Translations under genes and position numbers: made by a program
Notes under the pieces: model-generated
The model's input: the letters and a program-made list of their open reading frames with translations, nothing else
What the model was told of the DNA's origin: nothing
Databases searched by the model: none
Origin: Eledone cirrhosa
Lineage: Eukaryota
Reading direction: 5' to 3'
Assembly: GCA_964016885.1 (NCBI GenBank)
Contig: OZ024740.1
Coordinates: 70,308,001 to 70,372,000 of the forward strand
DNA length: 64,000 nt
Shown here: piece by piece, positions 1 through 13,999 of the stretch
Layout of the letters: each line of letters opens with the position of its first letter
How positions within the stretch are numbered: position 1 is the first letter of the stretch

Positions 1-567
1 AAATTTGTGTTCAAGAATTAAATGTTTCGGTGGCAGATTTGTTAAATTTCACACAAAATTTGATAATGTACGATTGTTAGATATTTTCCTGCATCGCAAA
101 CATAACAGAGGTTATAAACACCTTTGTGTATAAACAGCAATAACTCGCGACTGACTCGATCGATCGTGTTAAATCATGTATGTACGTGCAGCCTATGTCA
201 TAACCAACGGACGTATGTACTTTAACGAAGTGCTGCGTTACTATGTCGTACATAGGAAAATCAATACTCTTACTTTGGGGACAAACCGCGTAGGTACATA
301 TATTGGATATTGCAATAGGGGATGCAGATACATATGTGTAAGCGTGTGTACATATGTATGTGTCTGGTTATGTGTAAATAGTCCGTCATATACACAGTGA
401 ATACTTTCATACACACATATAAATATGTAAGTATGATTATATGGTGTGTTATTGGGTAGGGGTGCGTGAGAGAGTATGGGATGAGAGTGTGTGTATGTGC
501 GTTGAGTGTGTATGCGCATTTGTGTGTGTATATATGTGTGTATATATGTGTATATATAATTCATATG

Positions 568-624
<57 letters not shown>

Positions 625-1408
625 GGGTTGTGTTAATAATCTGTCTACACCTATACAGGAGATACACATAATAAAAACTTGTGTTTATGCGTCAATTGTA
701 TGTGTATGTTTGCAGACAAACACGTATACACACATTTATTCACACAGACGTATAATGTACATTCATATATATATATAGAGGATGTATATATGTGAATTAA
801 CTTTTTCGTTCTCTTTTCCACGCATGGAAGTAAGTGAATGTGTGAATATGTTAGTGTGGAGTGTATGTATGTCTGAGTGTGTAACATGGAATCTTTCATT
901 TGAATGTTAGCCATTTTGTAAATATTCCCTTTCTCAACATGGCGACCAGTAAATATCCCGATGGTTGTTAAGGAAACGTCACGACAGCGTGTTAACGTCA
1001 GAAGTACCATCAAAATAGAGACAGGAAATGAAAGATGAAATAGTATAGAATTCATGTGGTTCTAACAGTTGTTAAGGATTAAGGTGATGGGGTTAGCACT
1101 CTTAGTTGGAACAGTGTCCGGCATTTAATCTGTTTTTTGTTTGTTCCTCATAATATATTTTTGTTTTGTTTTTCTTGTATTATATCCACCCTATTGAATG
1201 TTGGGAATGCTTTTTATTCTTTTATTTGCTTATTTATTTTTGCTGTTTTTGTTTCGGTTCGATTTTCGTTTTGTATCTTTTTTTTATTCATTTTCTTTTT
1301 TGTTTTGTTTTGTTTTGTTTTGTTTAGCCCCATGTCAGGATTGATTGAGCAGAGCTATCATGAAATATTTTTAAACTGTTATCATTTAGTCTATTTTATC
1401 TTAAGGTA

Positions 1409-1555
1409 TAATTGTTTCTACTTCAGGCACAAGGCCAGCAATTATCCAGTGCATTACTGGTACTTTATTTTATCGACCTCGTAAGGATGAAAGGCAAAGT
1501 CAACCTCGGCGGGATTTGAACTCAGATCGTAAAGGAACGTAACTATACTGGAAAG
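1409..1555 (-). mobile_element. tRNA-derived SINE, family A (partial)
   Basis: Reverse complement of the core GAGTTCAAATCCCGCCGAGGTTGACTTTGCCTTTCATCCTTACG..GTCGATAAAATAAAGTACCAG seen at 33530-33721. Confidence 0.8.
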
Positions 1556-2029
1556 CATCTAGGACTACATTCTAGGTTGAAATATCAATTGAGATATATT
1601 TGACTGCTATTTCTAGCAGGTCGATTAAGTACGAAGTAGAAAGGCAAGCCAGTTGAAAAGCAGAGGAATATAAATCGGAACAATTAAAAAGAACAGTCGG
1701 TATTTTCTATTTGGCTATTTCTTGATAGTATCATGTAAGATGTGTCGGTGTTCAGAAAACACGGTCTTGCCATGTTGGTGCATCTCTTCCTCGTCTTGAG
1801 AGCCTATGATAGGTAGATATGGCAGGTTTAAAGAGAAAGAGGAAGGAGCACAAGGCGTGGCCATATTCGATAGCGAATCGATAGTCTTATCGATAATAAT
1901 TTTCGGTACCCGTTCGGATCGAACGCGAAACGCGCGTCACAAGTGAATAAATAAATATAATGATGGTTTTGTGATAATACGTTCCTGTTTTTTACAAATG
2001 TTATATATATATATACATATATATATATA

Positions 2030-2225
<196 letters not shown>

Positions 2226-2384
2226 AGAGGAGCCGGGACTCTACGGCTGAGCTCCTACAGTTTTAACATATATATATATAATTATATATGTAACATATGA
2301 GCACGTATATACACACACACATATATATATATATAGCTTAGCTGACACGAAAAATAACTGCGGTAAGAAATTTGTTCTTATATC

Positions 2385-2703
2385 AAAGTTTGAAGGGCAT
2401 CCACTGATGATTTATAAGTGCCCACCTACATATGTTCTTACAGAAAATTATGTAGGCTTCTACATAAACCGGATACATTCTCCCAACTTGTAGAAAACTT
2501 ATAATGAAACAATTGTTTGGAAAGAGAGATATATTTTAATTTTAATTATATCTCATATAAAATAATACAACTGGCTTTCCACAAAATACATATAGTTAGC
2601 ACCCCAAACACAAAATTGGGATTATACTAAGGTATATCCTAATGTTTGTTGAGTGAGATGGTAGCCAGTCAGAGTTTAGCTTAAAGCTATCTCTGTTATT
2701 GTA

Positions 2704-2708
<5 letters not shown>
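2385..2708 (+). mobile_element. Non-coding HHR-bearing repeat (Penelope pLTR/retrozyme-like), family A
   Basis: About 320 bp clearly similar to 39785-40110; both copies end in (TA)n. Confidence 0.65.
2400..2521 (+). ncRNA. Type I hammerhead ribozyme, branched stem II (family A copy 1, probably inactive GUU site)
   Basis: tcca-CTGATGA-tttataagt..[two hairpins]..acttataat-GAAA-caattg-TT-tgga. Stem I tcca/tgga; palindromic stem III; homologous to 39804-39927. Confidence 0.75.
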
Positions 2709-2779
<71 letters not shown>

Positions 2780-2905
2780 TGATCATGTGCTATATATCTA
2801 ATTGTGTATGTTTATATATAAATATATATATATATATAAAACACATGAACACGTGATGACTTGTTGTGATCACAGAATATGCACCATGCACTTGTGCAGC
2901 GGTAA

Positions 2906-2969
<64 letters not shown>

Positions 2970-3157
2970 GGTGGTGGTAATAGTAGTTAAAGTAGGGGTA
3001 TGAAAATGCCTATGTTTAGACATAAGCGTGTCACATATACACACACATATACACACATACATACACTCACACTCACACACATAGATATATATATATGTAT
3101 ATATGTATATATGTATATATATACATATATACATATATATATATTCATATATATATG

Positions 3158-3241
<84 letters not shown>

Positions 3242-4436
3242 TGTGTGCGTGTGTGTTTATGTGCACACACATACATATGCACATACACAAACATACACAC
3301 ACATATATGTTACATACATACAGAGCTAGAGTGGATGTATCAGGTATTTAATGCCAACTATTATGAAAAGTATTATTACAGTATTATTACAGCGCCATTA
3401 AACTGACAATAAGAAAGGGCAACCATTTTCGTAATGTTATACAATCATTCACTTCACACCTGAATCGGCATTTCACTACTACTGACATTGTCTGGAAGCT
3501 GATAGATCGATTGCCAGTGGGGGGTGAATAAAGTTTATGACTGAGCAGATTATTTTTGGATTGCCTTGGCAAGCAGACATGTTTCTTTTTTGCTTTGTTG
3601 TTTTATGTTTATGTTGTTGTTGTTTTTTCTATGTGTTAGTTGTTTTTTTTTTGTTTTTGTTAAGGTTTTCGTTTGTTTTTAATCTCCCTCTGCTTATGTG
3701 TATTTTTAAAGTTTACAAATAGCAACACATAATTTTATGCATATGTGAGCTTACTTGTAGACGCCACAGACAGACGTGTGTGATCGGACACTCATTTGTG
3801 TGAATATAAATATAAACGTACACAAACTCTCAATTTACTAGAGGTATGCAAATGCCTGTAGAGAACGATATGTAATGGCATGGAGTGAAATATAATGAAA
3901 GAGACAGTCTATCCAACAGGCTTCCAAATAAATTTCCGTTTATTCATTGTCACTCACTGAGGTTATGGTAAATGATACTTGGGCTCAAGATGGAAGCTAC
4001 CCGAGATATTCAGCAATGTTGCATACACATAAAGGTATACAGGCAAGTAAGTGAACAAAGAGATAGTGAGACATGTAGATAGGTAAGTGCATTGAGAAAA
4101 ATACTTTAATCAATTTTAATTTCGGAGTTCTATCCTATGCCTTTCTTTATAAGATTTGCCATTAACATGAATTGTTTTCCTTCTCATTGCGGCTGTAATT
4201 TCAGTTGATTAAAAATTGTTTTCGGTTCACTACATTGTTAACCCAGCACATAACTTTACTAATAGATAGATCGATAGATAGATAAATCAATAAATTCATA
4301 GATCAATAGATAGAATAGTCAAAATAGTCAGGGCTGGAATGTCTTTGATCTATATGTCTCTGAATTCTGAGCTAAGCTGGAGCTAAAACTATAATGGGAG
4401 ATTTTAAAAAGTAAGGTGCTGGCGAAATTTCAGTAT

Positions 4437-4600
<164 letters not shown>

Positions 4601-4969
4601 GGGAACGGACGGATGCCATGTTTCTTCTTCCGCATAGGACGGACGGTGAATGAAGAAACATGGTATTCGTCCGTCCCTTTAACTATAGGTCATATTGAAA
4701 TAGGAATGTTTATAGCATAAGTAACTTATTACGTAAAATGCTCTCTGATGAAATAATCATGAGCACCACAGAAATATGTATTACGGCAGATTCTGAATAT
4801 AATTAGTTATGAATACCTACATCTGGCATTGGACTAAAAAATCGTATTTGAAAGGATACACATATCGTTGAATCTTTGAATTTAATTACATCATCGTTTA
4901 CTGATTAGAATGTTGCATATACAGTTCGGTTGATCAACAACTTATACAAAAGTATATATATGTATATGC

Positions 4970-5076
<107 letters not shown>

Positions 5077-5593
5077 GAGAGAGATGTAATTTCACAGTGT
5101 TTCATCATTAGAGTGTGGCCACGCTGGGGCACAACATTCGAGGGTTATATTAAAGAACCCGAGGAGGCTTCTCAGTAGAACCTGAAGAAATTATAACACC
5201 GTGCAGTTTTGGGCCTAATACCACTGAAATTTGGTAGGCGAAAACCGCGAAGCCACCCATTACATCACACACACAGACACATGATTACTATCTAGTAAGG
5301 AAGATTTTGGCAATGCCTATAACCCTTTCCAGTGCTTCTAAGACTTCTGGAAGGAAGAAGGTGTCCTCAAAAAGGAAACCTAGTCTCAATGTCTGCCAAG
5401 GGCCAAACACTCGTATTAAACCGGCCGGCGGAAGTCTACCGCCGAAGCAATTTAGTTACGGTAGTATTTGCACTCAGAATGTAAAAAAGCCGAGAGAAAT
5501 TCAGCAAGGCATCTCGTTCGCTACTCTAACAATTCCACCATACCGTCTACTTTATTTTATCAATCTCAAAAGGATCAGAAGCAGGAAAGTAGG

Positions 5594-5625
<32 letters not shown>

Positions 5626-5835
5626 TATACAGGTCATAGTAGAGGTAAGCGCAGGTGTGCCTGTGTGTATGGGCCTAATATATTAAGGGGACCTGCTCTC
5701 CCTAGCTTCTAGTTCAGTTATTTTGTTTTCTTAGTTATAAGTACATCATATACACTATATCTTCATTGTACGTGTTTAGCAGTGGTTACTGATGAACAGT
5801 CAGATACATGACCTATATTTCCCATCTGGCCTAGG

Positions 5836-6042
5836 TCTGCAGAATCGGTAGAGTGTCGGACACCATGCTTCGAGGCATTGTGTTACGGCCCTTTACATTC
5901 TGCGTTCTAATTCCGCCGAAGTTAGCTTTGCCTTTCATCATTATGGGGTTGATAAAATAAAGCACCAGTAATGCACTAGGGTCGATTTAATCAATGTTCA
6001 CCTAAAATTGCTGGCCTTTTGCCTATAGCAGAAATCAATATT
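5836..6042 (+). mobile_element. tRNA-derived SINE, family A
   Basis: A-box-like GCAGAATCGG, degenerate B box, family A core and tail. Confidence 0.75.
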
Positions 6043-6285
6043 AGCTTCCTAGTGGAAGGCGACATATAACTCATGTCTGTTATCAGTTCACATCTGGCCG
6101 GGCCTATTGCCAGTGTTGACACTTCCCATATGGCCAGCATGTATTACCAGCTCCGGCAGCTTAAATTTCAAATCTGACCAGAGCTTATTGCCAGCTATGG
6201 ACGGGCCTGTGTAGGTAGGTAGGTAGGTAGGTGTGTAGGTAGGTAGGTAGGTAGGTAGGTAGGCAGGTAAGTAGATAGATAGATA

Positions 6286-6325
6286 AATTTCTTTATTAGC
6301 CACAAGGGCAAAAAAGAAGGGGACA
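6286..6325 (-). mobile_element. 40-bp 3' terminus of a Tx1-like LINE
   Basis: Near-identical to 17421-17459, the 3' end of the full-length element; lies in GATA/GGTA repeat. Confidence 0.75.
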
Positions 6326-6342
6326 GGTAGGTAGATAGATAT

Positions 6343-7149
6343 ATTTCTTTTATTTGCCACTAGGGCATCAAAAGTGGGACAAGTACAAAGGGGGGAGTTT
6401 ACACAAAAAGGCGTCCTCAATAAGGAGAAGGCAATAACAAAATATAAAAATAAAATAAGATATAACAAAAAATAAAATTTTTAACAAAATCCTCAATAGA
6501 GAGGAGGCGCCTTGGGGGGTCGCACACACCCCCGAAAAAAGTGTGCAACCCTTCTCCTCAGGAGCACAGAGAAGGGGTGCTCCCTTGGTCTTTCATCTTC
6601 CTCACCTATAGTCTGATGTAGAGTGAAGGCCCATTCACACGGGCCATTCTCGCCACTTTCACCCATCTTTCATAGAAACGGCTGGGGTGCAGCACCTCTC
6701 TCTCCATCCTGATCCTTCTTCCGAAATGATATCGGAAGAAACGGACCAGTTGTTGGCCAGAGAGAAAGGTGCCCGACCTCAGTCCTTTCAGACGCGTCCA
6801 CCATACAACCTCTTTCGCCATGGCTATTACGCACAGAAACACCGCCTCTGCTTCATCTTTGAAGGGGGGAGGCGGCTTGATCATTACAATAGACTCGGTG
6901 GTCAACCGGATCGGTCCCACCCTTGACAGCAGTTGTTCGACATAGCCCCACAGATCGGCTACGCCCGAGCAGTGTACTAATGCGTGTGCAACGGTTTCCT
7001 CGTCGCACACGCATCTGGGACAGATCTTTTTGGCGGGGTCCCTACCCGGGCGCCCGTGTCTGTAGAGCCTTTCTCGAACGGGTAAAGCCCCTCGGTAGCA
7101 CTGCCAGGCCAGGGACTTCTGGAAGTTGTCCATAGGTCCCGGGCTGAAT
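6343..7149 (-). mobile_element. 5'-truncated Tx1-like LINE (ORF2 C-terminus plus 3' UTR)
   Basis: ORF 6606-7133 has the CCHC finger CPRC..ETVAHALVHC and matches 17660-18170; AATAAA near the 3' end. Confidence 0.9.
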
Positions 7150-7520
7150 GGTAGGTAGATAGATATGTAGGTAGATAGGTAGGTTGGTAGGTAGGTTTAT
7201 AGGTAGGTAGGTAGGTAGGTAGGTAGGTAGGTAGGTAGGTAGGTAGGTAGGTAGGTAAGTGAGATAGGTATGTAGATAGCTTGGTATATAGGTAGGTAGG
7301 TAGATAGGTAGATAGGTAGGTAGGTAGGTAGGTAGGTAGGTAGGTAGATAGCTTGGTATATAGGTAGGTAGGTAGATAGGTAGGTAGTTAGGTAGGTAGG
7401 TAGGTAGGTAGGTAGGTAGGTAGGTAGGTAGGTAGGTAGGTAGGTAAGTAGCTAGGTAAGTAGGTAGGTAGGTAGGTAGGTAGGTAGGTAGGTAGGTAGG
7501 TAGGTAGGTAGTAGGTAGGT
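7150..7520. repeat. (GGTA)n/(GATA)n microsatellite
   Basis: Direct reading. Confidence 0.95.
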
Positions 7521-7699
7521 TGGGTGAGGGAGGTAGGTCTATCAGGTAATCTATCAAAATTTAAAATTAGATTCTGATTTCTAACACCATTAATATTAAA
7601 ATTTCAATTAAATTTTAATTTTAAAAATGACATAAAGCACATCATTAATGGTAACCATAAGATGAAAGAATTTGATGAGGATTAGAATGGGAGGAGGGG

Positions 7700-7980
7700 G
7701 TGAATAGGAGGGGGTGAAGAAGAAGAAGAAGAAGAAGAAGAAGAAGAAGAAGAAGAAGAAGAAGAAGAAGAAGAAGAAGAAGAAGAAGAAGGGGTGGAAG
7801 ATTTATGACGTTGATGATGATGATGATGAATGTATGAGATGGTGCGGTTGATGAAGATCTTGCTGGTGATAGTGATGATGATGATGATGAGGAGAAGGAG
7901 GAGAAGGAGGCGGAAAACGCGGATGAGCAAGTGTGTTTGAGATTGATTATAATGTGGAATAGTGTATGAGGCTCAACACT

Positions 7981-8025
<45 letters not shown>

Positions 8026-8112
8026 GTGATGGTGGTGGTGGTGGTGGTGGTGGTGGTGGTGGTCGTGGTGATGGTGGGGATGGACGATGATGGTGGTGGT
8101 CGTCGTCGTCGT

Positions 8113-8162
<50 letters not shown>

Positions 8163-8727
8163 CGATGATGATGACGACGATGACGTTGATGATGATGATG
8201 GTAGTGGTGATGATGGCGATGATATGATGATGATGGTGATGATGATACGGAAGAGGAGTATATGAGCACATACACCCCCTCTATCATCATCATCATAATC
8301 AATATAACTATGAGCACCCCCCCCCCCCCCATGATCATCATCATCATCATAATGAACATCAACTCCCATGCGATGATGTAGTTGAGTGTAAAGATGAAAG
8401 ACTAGGGAAGTGTGTGTCGTCAGCTTGTGTTATGTTCTATAGTTAGTATTAGATGTATCTAAGCTAGCTTCGTTATAAACACCGGCAATATTCTGAGTGG
8501 TATTAAGAACTGTATGAACGCCACAACACAGCCTTACTATCCATTCCACTCCGCATTCAGTGTCGTCTATTGATAGGAAAATCAATACACCATACCTAGC
8601 TAGATAATGATGGTGGTGGTGGTGGTGGTGTTGGTGGTGGTGTTGGTGCTGGTGCTGGTGGTGCTGGTGCTGGTGTTGTTGGTGGTGGTGGTGGTGGTGG
8701 TGGTGGTGTTGTTGGTGGTGGTGGTGG

Positions 8728-8758
<31 letters not shown>

Positions 8759-9661
8759 GTTGTTGGTGGTGGTGGTGGTGGTGGTGTTGGTGGTGGTGGT
8801 GGTGGTGGTGGTGGTGGTGGTGGTGGTGGTGGTGGTGGTGGTGGTGGTGGTGGTGGTGGTGGTGGTGGTGGTGGTGGTGGTGGTGGTGGTGGTGGTGGTG
8901 GTGGTGGTGGTGATGCTGGTGGTGGTGGTGGTGCTGGTGGTGCTGGTGGTGGTGGTGGTGGTGTTGGTGGCGGTGGTGCTGGTGCTGGTGGTGCTGGTGG
9001 TGGTAGTGGTGTTGGTGGTGATGTTGGTGGTGCTGGTGCTGGTGGTGCTGGTGCTGGTGTTGGTGCTGGTGGTGGTGTGATGGTGGTGGTGGTGCTGGTG
9101 CTGGTGGTGGTGCTGGTGGTGGTGGTGGTGGTGGTGGTGTTGGTGCTGGTGCTGGTGGTGCTGGTGCTGGTGTTGGTGGTGGTGGTGGTGGTGGTGGTGG
9201 TGGTGGTGGTGGTGGTGGTGGTGGTGGTGGTGGTGGTGGTGGTGGTGGTGTTGGTGGTGGTGGTGGTGGTGGTGGTGGTGGTGGTGGTGTTGTTGGTGGT
9301 GGTGGTGGTGCTGGTGGTGGTGGTGCTGGTGGTGGTGGTGGTGGTGGTGGTAGTGGTGGTGGTGGTGGTGCTGGTGGTGGTGGTGGTGGTGGTGGTGGTG
9401 GTGGTGGTGGTGGTGGTGGTGGTGGTGGTGGTGGTGGTGGTGGTGGTGGTGGTGATGCTGGTGGTGGTGGTGGTGCTGGTGGTGCTGGTGGTGGTGGTGG
9501 TGGTGTTGGTGGCGGTGGTGCTGGTGCTGGTGGTGCTGGTGGTGGTAGTGGTGTTGGTGGTGATGTTGGTGGTGCTGGTGCTGGTGGTGCTGGTGCTGGT
9601 GTTGGTGCTGGTGGTGGTGTGATGGTGGTGGTGGTGCTGGTGCTGGTGGTGGTGCTGGTGG

Positions 9662-9692
<31 letters not shown>

Positions 9693-10174
9693 GGTAGTGT
9701 TGATGGTGGTGGTGGTGCTGGTGGTGGTGCTGGTAGTGGTGTTGGTGGTGGTGTTGGTGGTGCTGGTGCTGGTGGTGCTGGTGCTGGTGGTGGTGCTGGT
9801 GGTGGTGTGATGGTGGTGGTGGTGTGATGGTGGTGGTGGTGCTGGTGCTGGTGGTGGTGCTGGTGCTGCTGGTGGTGGTGGTGCTGGTGGTGGCGGGGGT
9901 GCTGGTGGTGGTGGTGGTGGTGCTGGTGTAGTGGTGGTGGTGTAGTGGTGGTGGTGGTGGTGGTTGTGCTGCTGCTGGTGGTGGTGGTGGTGGTGGTGGT
10001 GGTGGTGGTGGTGGTGGTGGTGGTGGTCATAATGATATTGATTATGATGATGATGATGATAGTAGTAATGATGATGAGGATAAGAGTGATAGTAGTGAGA
10101 GTTGATGTTCAATACGATGATAATGATGATAATGATGATGATGATGGGAGGGTGGGCTGATAGTCATATTGATT

Positions 10175-10206
<32 letters not shown>

Positions 10207-10400
10207 AGTAATGATGATGATGATAAGAGTGGTGGTTGTGGAGGGGTTGATGTTCATTATGATGATGGTAATGGTAGTGTTATTGGTGGGGCTGTGGCTG
10301 ATAATGGCTGATTTTCTCAACTTGGTTGTCGTTATGGTGATGATGGTTATATTTCCGATAGTGATTGGTGAGAATTAAGATGATGATGATGATGATGGGG
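7700..10400. repeat. Compound trinucleotide field, (GAA)n, (GAT)n and (GGT)n
   Basis: Direct reading; the (GGT)n block spans about 8610-10026. A non-repetitive island lies at about 8370-8600. Confidence 0.95.
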
Positions 10401-10706
10401 GCGGGGGTAACTAACATAATGGCGAAGACGACGATGATGATAAATCACCTCTCCTCTTCCCTTATTAAAGATTAAGTGCACCCATGACCTTTGAAACTGT
10501 TGACTCTTCCCTACCTCCCCTCACATCCACCTCCACCTTGTAAGACACACACACGCGTAGATCCACATGCTTTCGCGAACACATACACACACATGCGTAC
10601 ATAAGCATACAGACACATACACACATGAATACATAGACAGAGGTGCGCACATAGACACTTAGGCGTATGCACGCATAGGCACACACACACACACTACATA
10701 TATACA

Positions 10707-10790
<84 letters not shown>

Positions 10791-11239
10791 TACATACGTA
10801 CATACATACATACATACGTACATACATACGCACGTGCGTACGTACGCACATATATACATACATACAAACACGTACACACACTCATTCATACACGTACATA
10901 TACATATAAATACACAAATATACACACACATACTGAGCTGTCACATATATTAATTCGCTAACAATAATTATTACAAGTCAGCTATCATGTATCGAAAAGT
11001 TCACAACAATTCGTTAATTAAGAGTTTTGTCACTAATTGCATATTGAATAATTAATTGTAGGGACGATGAGATCAAGCACCTTACAGTATTTACATCCAT
11101 TCGTCTGTTTCAAGTTCAAATCTTAACCAGGCTCGCTTTATTTTGCTATACATGTATAGCTGCATCATTCATTAGTTAGCACTCTCGCCAGAGCCATTAA
11201 AGCATTGGATTAAAACCCTCGGCATTTGTACTAAAAACT

Positions 11240-11560
11240 GGCACTCCGTCGGTTACAACGACGAGTGTTCCAATTGATCTGATTAACAGAACAGTCTGCT
11301 CGGGAAATTAACGTGCAAGTGGCTTAGCTTTCCACAGACACGTGTACTAATAACGTTCTTATCTGGGAGTTCAGCGTGACACTAAACGTAACAAGGCTGG
11401 CCCTTCGAATTACAGGTACAGCTCATTTTTGCCAGCTGAATGAACTGGAACAACGTGAAATAAAGTGTCTTGCTTAAGGACAAAACGCGCCGCCGAGAAT
11501 CGAACTTATGAACTTACGATTGTGAGCCGAATGTCTTAACCACAAAGCCACGCGCCTTCA
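11240..11560 (-). mobile_element. tRNA-derived SINE, family B
   Basis: Minus strand begins GAAGGCGCGTGGCTTTGTGGTTAAG (A box), then GTTCGATTC (B box), then TTAAGCAAGACACTTTATTTCACGTTG; recurs in the window. Confidence 0.8.
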
Positions 11561-12162
11561 GGCCGGTTCTCTGTAATATATATTCAAATGCCATCGAGGT
11601 CAATTTTTCCTTTTTTTCCTTTCGGAATCGATAAATAAAGTACCTGTCAAGGGGCGGTAGATTATTGGAATTGTTACAAAATTAAACAGGATCTGTTGCT
11701 TTATCTGATTGCATTCCGAGTTCAGATCCTACTTACAACTACCAGGGGTTGCGGTGGGCAAATAGCATCAGGAATAAAAGGATCAACCGAATCATTGCTT
11801 CCTCGGTTCGATCTGCTTCCTTTCCATCTGGGACATTTGCGTCAGATGTCATGTCAAATGGAAATCCTGCCACACACTCCAGATGGATAGTATGCTTGTG
11901 ATTTCACACAACATTACTTTGAGAATTCATTTGAATTCGATATCAGCGCTCCAGAATAAACTAACTATAGATTAGACTGCAGTAAAATTTTAAGTCGAAA
12001 CGCGAAAAGCTGGCACAGACTATACCCCCGAGAAAGAAGATGTTCATGATGTGGTATACGTTACGATGTCTCCAGTGTCTACTTTAAAGGAACCAGAAGA
12101 AATACTATAATGTATTTAGGCCCAAGCTTTAATAATTCCACCAAACCAATAACACTGGACTA

Positions 12163-12440
12163 CTGCTTTATTTTATCAAAATTGACTAGATAAGGAGTAG
12201 AATTAACCTCGACGGAATTTGAACTCAACAAAGAAAGCCCAAGTAAAAATCGCATGGCATTTTGTCCAACGCTCTAACAATACCACCACTGAACCCCACT
12301 GAATTGGTGTTTTATTTTATCAAACATGGTAGGGTGAAAAGCAAAATAGAGCCCGGTGGGGTTTGAACACAGAGCGCGACGAACCGAAGCGAACACCACA
12401 AAGCATGTTGTCCTAAACTCTAACAATTCAGCTAATTCCC
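12163..12440 (-). mobile_element. Two tandem degenerate SINE family A copies
   Basis: Two occurrences of TTTATTTTATC...TTTGAAC(T/A)CA...CTCTAACAAT. Confidence 0.6.
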
Positions 12441-13146
12441 CAGCAGTATAACTGCTGTTTCTGTAATTCTGTTATCTTTGTTTGTCTTGTTAGATATTTA
12501 TTTGTATTGCTGCTGTTGTTAGTATTGTGCTGTTAATCTGCATCAGTGCACCTCTTTGTGACGTTGCTATTGTATTCAAGCTCCTTATGACGTCTGTCCA
12601 ATCAACTCAATCTCATACAGACTATAATATAAACAACAAACAACAACAACGAAAATAGAATGTGACAGATTGACGTTGGCGTTATGCTGGAAAATGAGAC
12701 GGGGGTGCCACTGTCTATGAGGGTAGGTTAGATAGCAGCTCATGGCTTACTTATTGTTATAGAGGTGCATGATGGATTTTTTTCTTTACTTTTCTCTTTT
12801 TTTTATGGTTGGGATTTATATGATGGATTTGTGGAGAGCTAGTGCACGCTTTTGCTACCCCCACCTCTACTCTTTTGCACCTTCGCACACTTCCATTTCC
12901 ATCATTAATGTTGTCATTGATGGATACTCTACGTAGTCAACCAAATTGCTAGAAATAGCAGTCAAATTCGTATCAAGCCACACTTGACAAGCTTCAAATA
13001 TAGACTATATTTTTAATATACTTCTGGCAGAGTCGGATTAAATAAAATAGATAAGATAAGTACGTACTTATGGTTACAACGGAAAAAGTGGACCAAAAAT
13101 AGATTTTTTTTTTCTTCCTGCTGGAGTTACGATGGTTGCAATTATA

Positions 13147-13269
13147 GTTTTATTTTATCGACCTCCGCAAGGGGAAAAGGCAAAGTTGACCTCCGTGTGA
13201 TTTGAACTCAGAACAAATACTGTCAACATTTTGTCCGACGTTCTAGCAATTCCGCCAACACACCGCCTT
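13147..13269 (-). mobile_element. SINE family A (partial)
   Basis: TTTTATCGACC..AAAGGCAAAGTTGACCTC..TTTGAACTCAG core. Confidence 0.7.
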
Positions 13270-13999
13270 TAAAATAATACAAATCGTTGCTTGATTTGCT
13301 AGAAATAGCAGATATATCATCTTCGAATCCACCACCATACTTAAATAAATAAGCAATACATTGTATAATATAATTGTTTCTACGTTAGGCACAAGGCCAG
13401 TATAATATAATATCAGATATACACATATCAATTGTATAATATAATATCAGATATACACATAGAGAGACGAGCGGGTCACAGCTAGAAAGCTGTACATTCG
13501 CGAACATTCTTGCTTGATCAGGGTTTACCTACGGATGAACATCAAATATTTAACTTCAACTTCTAAACTTAGGTTGATCTTATTCACTTGACCGTATAAA
13601 AATTACAGCCAAATATCCCTGACACGAAAACCTGGTACAGCGCCTCCCAATATCTGGGTAACGGGCTACTGATATTCCGCAAAGGTACTCCTAAGGGTCC
13701 GTCAGCTAGTTAAGTCGATAAACCTTCCATGGGGTAAAGTCATTTAAACATTTCCTTACCTTATTTCTAATATAAAAAAAACACTACTTATGATTTTCAA
13801 ATGATTTTGAAAATAATTAAGAATTTGGAAGGTTTTAGTAACTTTCGCATTATTAAGCTGATGTTTGGAACAACTAACGAGTTTTACATAAGATGACGAT
13901 GGAAAGTTTTTTAGATAGGGTTTTCACATCAAGGACAAAAAGAACGAACGAAAGAACGTGACAACCATTCGTTAGTTGATTCTTGCCCTATCCTTTGTC

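Noticed and set aside
1900-1945. GAAA-cgcgcg-TC after a cgttcg/cgaacg hairpin (HHR 3' half)
   Set aside because: No CUGANGA box or stem I found upstream; at most a remnant.
4741-4790. CTGATGA...GAAAtatgta
   Set aside because: Stems I and II do not pair convincingly.
8430-10112. 560-aa and 476-aa His/Pro/Thr-rich ORFs
   Set aside because: Translations of (ACC)n repeats that are open in several frames; no evidence of coding.
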